From Deltaproteobacteria bacterium (GTDB lineage: Bacteria; Desulfobacterota; WTBG01; CAIYCZ01; CAIRTM01), in NCBI GenBank assembly GCA_016875025.1, contig VGSH01000001.1, positions 30,174 to 94,173 of the forward strand: a stretch of DNA of 64,000 nucleotides, read 5' to 3'. The translations under genes were made by a program, and so were the position numbers. This document shows positions 60,718 through 64,000 of this stretch, piece by piece; the first letter of the stretch is position 1, and the number at the start of each line of letters is the position of its first letter. Below the pieces are notes generated by a model that did no database searches, was not told the origin of the DNA, and was given only the letters and a program-made list of their open reading frames with translations.

Positions 60718-61842
60718 ATGAGCCGGCTAAAATCATTGTGCATTCTTTCAGCGGTAAATATCAGTTTTCTGATCGTACTGTATGGCGCCTACTGCACCTA
60801 CCGCTCTCTCATCCTTTACAATCATATTAAAAGCCCGGCTCGCGGCCTGATCGGCCAGGTGTACCGCGCTGATCCGGCGCTCGGCTTTGCGCCGATACCC
60901 GGTTCTCAGGGCGCACACGTCCTGCCCCCCAGGCCGGATATTCCCATCCAGTATGACAAGGCCGGATTCAGGGTTCCGCACGACTACGCAATACCTGACG
61001 CTCACAAGCGCCCCCGTCCGCTGGTTCTGGCGCTCGGATGCTCGTATACCTATGGTGATGCCTGCAAAGCCGAAGATGCTTTCGTGTGGCGCGTAGCACA
61101 ACTCCTGAACGGATCATCAATCAATGCCGGCGGATGCGGATATGCGCTTTCACATATGGTGCTGTTGGCCCGTGACCTGATACCACGCTACAGGCCCGAC
61201 TATGTGCTCATCCAGTATTCTCCCTGGTTGATTCAGCGCGGCCGTTCCTGTTTCGCCCCTTCTTTTTTCGGCAGAGTCACCAATCCATTTTTTACTGCAA
61301 CGGTTTCCGGGATGGCAGTTCACCCACCCGTATTCATGCCGGTTGTTTTTAATCTTCCGGTTGACCGGTACAAAAAATCTCCGAAAACTTTTTCCGATTT
61401 TGCATCTTTCCTTGTGAGGGTCGGTCTTCCTCTGCATGCATATGAAGATTTTATGATGCTCGCCTATCATGTTAATAAACGCATCGGACGTATTCCAATG
61501 CCTGCGCGCGATACATCGGCCATCATCAAAAACGCCTACGGCGAGATACTGCAAATTGCCCATGACGCCGGGGCGCAAGCCTTGATCGTAGTACTCGGTG
61601 ACGGAATAGCGCCGCTGCCAATACCTGAAGAAATCAAGGCTCTTGGAATTCCCGTCGTCGACGCCTATGCAGAACTTATGAGCCGATTGACCGAGCCGAC
61701 AACCGAATATTACGGCCGTGCCTACGTCCACTGGAACGACAGCGATCCGCCCGAAGTCATTGACGCACATCCAAACCCGCCTGCGCATCAAATTATTGCA
61801 GACAGCATCGTAGCAGCCATACAGTCCAGGCAAAAAAAATGA
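60718..61842 (+). CDS. membrane-anchored SGNH-like hydrolase (AlgX/AlgJ/DltD-like fold?)
   Basis: N-terminal TM segment. LGCSYTYGD (GDS-like block I) and a C-terminal DxxH-like motif (HWNDSDPPEVIDAHPN). Low GC. Confidence 0.4.
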   Translation: MSRLKSLCILSAVNISFLIVLYGAYCTYRSLILYNHIKSPARGLIGQVYRADPALGFAPIPGSQGAHVLPPRPDIPIQYDKAGFRVPHDYAIPDAHKRPRPLVLALGCSYTYGDACKAEDAFVWRVAQLLNGSSINAGGCGYALSHMVLLARDLIPRYRPDYVLIQYSPWLIQRGRSCFAPSFFGRVTNPFFTATVSGMAVHPPVFMPVVFNLPVDRYKKSPKTFSDFASFLVRVGLPLHAYEDFMMLAYHVNKRIGRIPMPARDTSAIIKNAYGEILQIAHDAGAQALIVVLGDGIAPLPIPEEIKALGIPVVDAYAELMSRLTEPTTEYYGRAYVHWNDSDPPEVIDAHPNPPAHQIIADSIVAAIQSRQKK

Positions 61843-61992
61843 GGTGCTCGTCAGATTGCTGAACCAGACAGCAGGTTGTAAAAAAAGTCAAATTATACAG
61901 GCAGTTCAAAAATGGCCAGATCTAAGACGCGCTGAACTATGTGGAATGAGGCGTACTTTTGCGTATGACGCAGTGACGAATGATGAGCGCAA

Positions 61993-62035
61993 CGCAGCAG
62001 AGGGCCTGTTCTAAATTATTTTGGACACTACTGAA
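61993..62035 (+). repeat. solo terminal fragment of the MITE-like element (copy D)
   Basis: agggcctgttctaaattattttggacactactg is identical to the right end of copy A (1450-1483). Confidence 0.6.
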
Positions 62036-62062
62036 TACGCATGAATACTCAAAGAGGCGCTG

Positions 62063-63607
62063 ATGAATAGAATTCGCAAAAACGTGCTTTCAACTATAGA
62101 GATTATCAGCGGGAAACGTTATATTCTGCTGTCCGCAACCGTACTGTGTTTGCTTTTAATCAAGGTAATAAACGGTTTTTGGGTAGGTGATTTCTGGCTG
62201 CACAGTGCTGTTGTCCGGGAATTCTCTTTAAATCCCTTTTCCCCTACAAATCCTTTCCTCCCAGTAAACACGCAACATTTTTATCACGGCCCATATCATT
62301 GGATAGTCGGCTTTTTTGCAAAGGTATTCGGATTATCATCGATCACAGCGCTTGGCTGTATGGGCCTGTTAAACTTTGCTGTTTTTTCATACAGTCTCCA
62401 TCTGTTCTGCCGCATGCTGAATACAGCAAGGCATACCGCCTTCTACGCTCTTGTGTTTTCATTAGTCTTATGGGGAGAGCATCCATGGCTGTACAGCAGT
62501 TTTTTTCACCTGCAGACAATCGGGTTCTGCTTTCCCTATCCTTCCTTTTTCTGCATCGGCCTGGCCTTATTGTCCTTTGCCCTGTTCATTGAAACATTAC
62601 AACACAATAAAAAATTTCTATTTTTATCTATTATTCCACTCTCCGCAATCGTCATGCTTTCACATACAAGTACAAGTATCGTTTTGTTCGCCGGGTTGGG
62701 GATTATTCTGATCTCCAACAGCTCACTCCTGACAGTCGTGAGAAATTCGATAAAGCTCACAGTGATAATTCTTTGCACATTGGGACTGGTATACCTGTGG
62801 CCCCACTTGTCCCTGTTTGCACTCTTGTCGCAAAAAACAAATTTTGTGTCACATTATATCCTCGATGACCTTACACTTTACAGGGATGTGCTCGCCAAAA
62901 TATGGCCGACACTATTTACAGTTCCATTCATTATTATTCGCCTGTACAAAAACCCCAAAGATACGCTGGGGTTACTGTTTCTCGGCTTTTCCGCTGTTTA
63001 TTTCTGGGGATTCTTTACAAAACAATGGAGCTATGGCCGATCCATTGCACAAACGATTCTTATAGCACACATAATATTTGCAGACTGGTTTGCTTCCTTA
63101 AAGAGCCGCAGCGACATCCCCCGGGATATCCGTTATGCGATTGCCGCTTGTATGATCATCCTTTTGCTTGTTTCCATGCGCAACCTGCCTGTGACCTTCT
63201 GGAGCCAATATCGTATTCAAAAAATTCCGGAATACAGTAATCTGAATTTTATTGCGGAACTAACGCATCGAGAAAATATTGTCTTAACAGACAGATACAG
63301 TGGAATTCTTGTGCCTTCCTTCGGGGGCAAAGTGGTCGCATATGATTTAATTTACAAGGGCCAGGAGCCTTTTGTATCTGACGGCATGGGTCGTATTAAA
63401 GACATGGAACATTTTTTTGATGAAAAAACGTCAGCATTCGATAGAAAACAAATTTTAAAAAAATATAATGTTGGCTTTGTTTTAATAAACAGGGATATCA
63501 CTCCTCTTCATTTTTCTTTGTCCAGTTTTTTAAAGGATAACGGCAGCGTTGAGTACGATAGAGAGCAATATGTTTTATTTTCCATCAACAGACCCGATAC
63601 CCAATAA
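62063..63607 (+). CDS. polytopic integral membrane protein, unknown function (possibly a glycan polymerase/GT-C-like)
   Basis: 514 aa with at least 10 predicted TM segments. About 40% GC, against a window average near 60%. Confidence 0.45.
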   Translation: MNRIRKNVLSTIEIISGKRYILLSATVLCLLLIKVINGFWVGDFWLHSAVVREFSLNPFSPTNPFLPVNTQHFYHGPYHWIVGFFAKVFGLSSITALGCMGLLNFAVFSYSLHLFCRMLNTARHTAFYALVFSLVLWGEHPWLYSSFFHLQTIGFCFPYPSFFCIGLALLSFALFIETLQHNKKFLFLSIIPLSAIVMLSHTSTSIVLFAGLGIILISNSSLLTVVRNSIKLTVIILCTLGLVYLWPHLSLFALLSQKTNFVSHYILDDLTLYRDVLAKIWPTLFTVPFIIIRLYKNPKDTLGLLFLGFSAVYFWGFFTKQWSYGRSIAQTILIAHIIFADWFASLKSRSDIPRDIRYAIAACMIILLLVSMRNLPVTFWSQYRIQKIPEYSNLNFIAELTHRENIVLTDRYSGILVPSFGGKVVAYDLIYKGQEPFVSDGMGRIKDMEHFFDEKTSAFDRKQILKKYNVGFVLINRDITPLHFSLSSFLKDNGSVEYDREQYVLFSINRPDTQ

Positions 63608-63628
63608 ATTTTAAATAAAAAGGGCACA

Positions 63629-63940
63629 TCAGTCATGCTTCGCAGGAGCATAGGCGCCTGATTTTCCAAGGCTGTCAGATGGCACTGCAAACACAACATA
63701 CGACTCCGTCTGTACAAGTGGTTCGAATCCCATGCCACGCAGGACAGGCTCCATGTCCGGGCCAATTATCCGGTAATTTAGCAGGATATGTGACGGACTG
63801 TAGCGCCTCAAAATCTCCCATTTTTCCTCAAGCGGCCTGTCGAGCATGAAAAACGCGTTTGAATCACGCACCCGTATGTAATTATCGGGAACATGCGGGG
63901 GGGTATGCAGCAGGGCGACAACCCTCGCTCCGGTATACAC
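63629..63940 (-). CDS. hypothetical protein (start uncertain, near the window end)
   Basis: ORF only. Low GC. No family recognised. Confidence 0.2.
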   Translation of the reverse strand: MYTGARVVALLHTPPHVPDNYIRVRDSNAFFMLDRPLEEKWEILRRYSPSHILLNYRIIGPDMEPVLRGMGFEPLVQTESYVVFAVPSDSLGKSGAYAPAKHD

Positions 63941-64000
63941 GGGTATCGACCAGCCGCTGAAAATATCTGTAAAAACAACATCACCCGACCCAAAAAGAGC

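Overview
This is a high-GC (~60%) bacterial chromosomal window that looks Deltaproteobacteria-like (Desulfo-/Geobacter-type gene content). I found no rRNA, tRNA, CRISPR array or transposase gene. Main content follows.

- **Metal transport:** a UPF0016/GDT1 exporter, ZupT, and a ZnuABC-type importer on the minus strand.
- **Glycan/LPS-modification cluster (about 5.0-13.3 kb):** Gfo/Idh/MocA oxidoreductase, radical SAM, GT9 heptosyltransferase, methyltransferase, Kdo/WaaP-family kinase, a frameshifted sulfotransferase, an ArnT/PMT-like GT-C membrane glycosyltransferase and an amidohydrolase.
- **Envelope/periplasmic redox-metal cluster (about 13.3-21.3 kb), all on the plus strand:** a Cys-rich secreted protein, a small lipoprotein, a MacB/FtsX-type ABC pair, a beta-barrel OMP, two FMN_bind-domain proteins (one fused to a thioredoxin-like domain), a ferrochelatase-fold lipoprotein and a zinc-ribbon protein.
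- **Housekeeping and envelope genes:** an RRM RNA-binding protein with tandem 171-bp repeats, a HAD hydrolase, glycogen phosphorylase, ClpB, a SpoIID/LytB protein, a PIG-L deacetylase, YihY, a Kef-type antiporter, thiolase, ExbB/ExbD, FtsB, a complete pilMNOPQ cluster, aroB, der, rnc, an M23 peptidase and an archaeal-type phosphoglycerate mutase.
- **Lower-GC 3' end (about 57.4-64 kb):** SGNH hydrolases, an APC permease and an unknown polytopic membrane protein.

Findings worth a second look:
1. A DUF1573 lipoprotein gene (27260-28378) whose only in-frame TGA falls exactly on the first Cys of the conserved S-C-G-C-T motif, followed by a hairpin. This is a candidate new selenoprotein.
2. A family of ~280-bp MITE-like palindromic elements with 36-bp inverted arms. 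There are three copies plus one solo end. The copy in the clpB leader shows compensatory arm changes.
3. The uncharacterised exported flavin/thiol/chelatase cluster, which has Cys-rich peptides and a MacB-type exporter.
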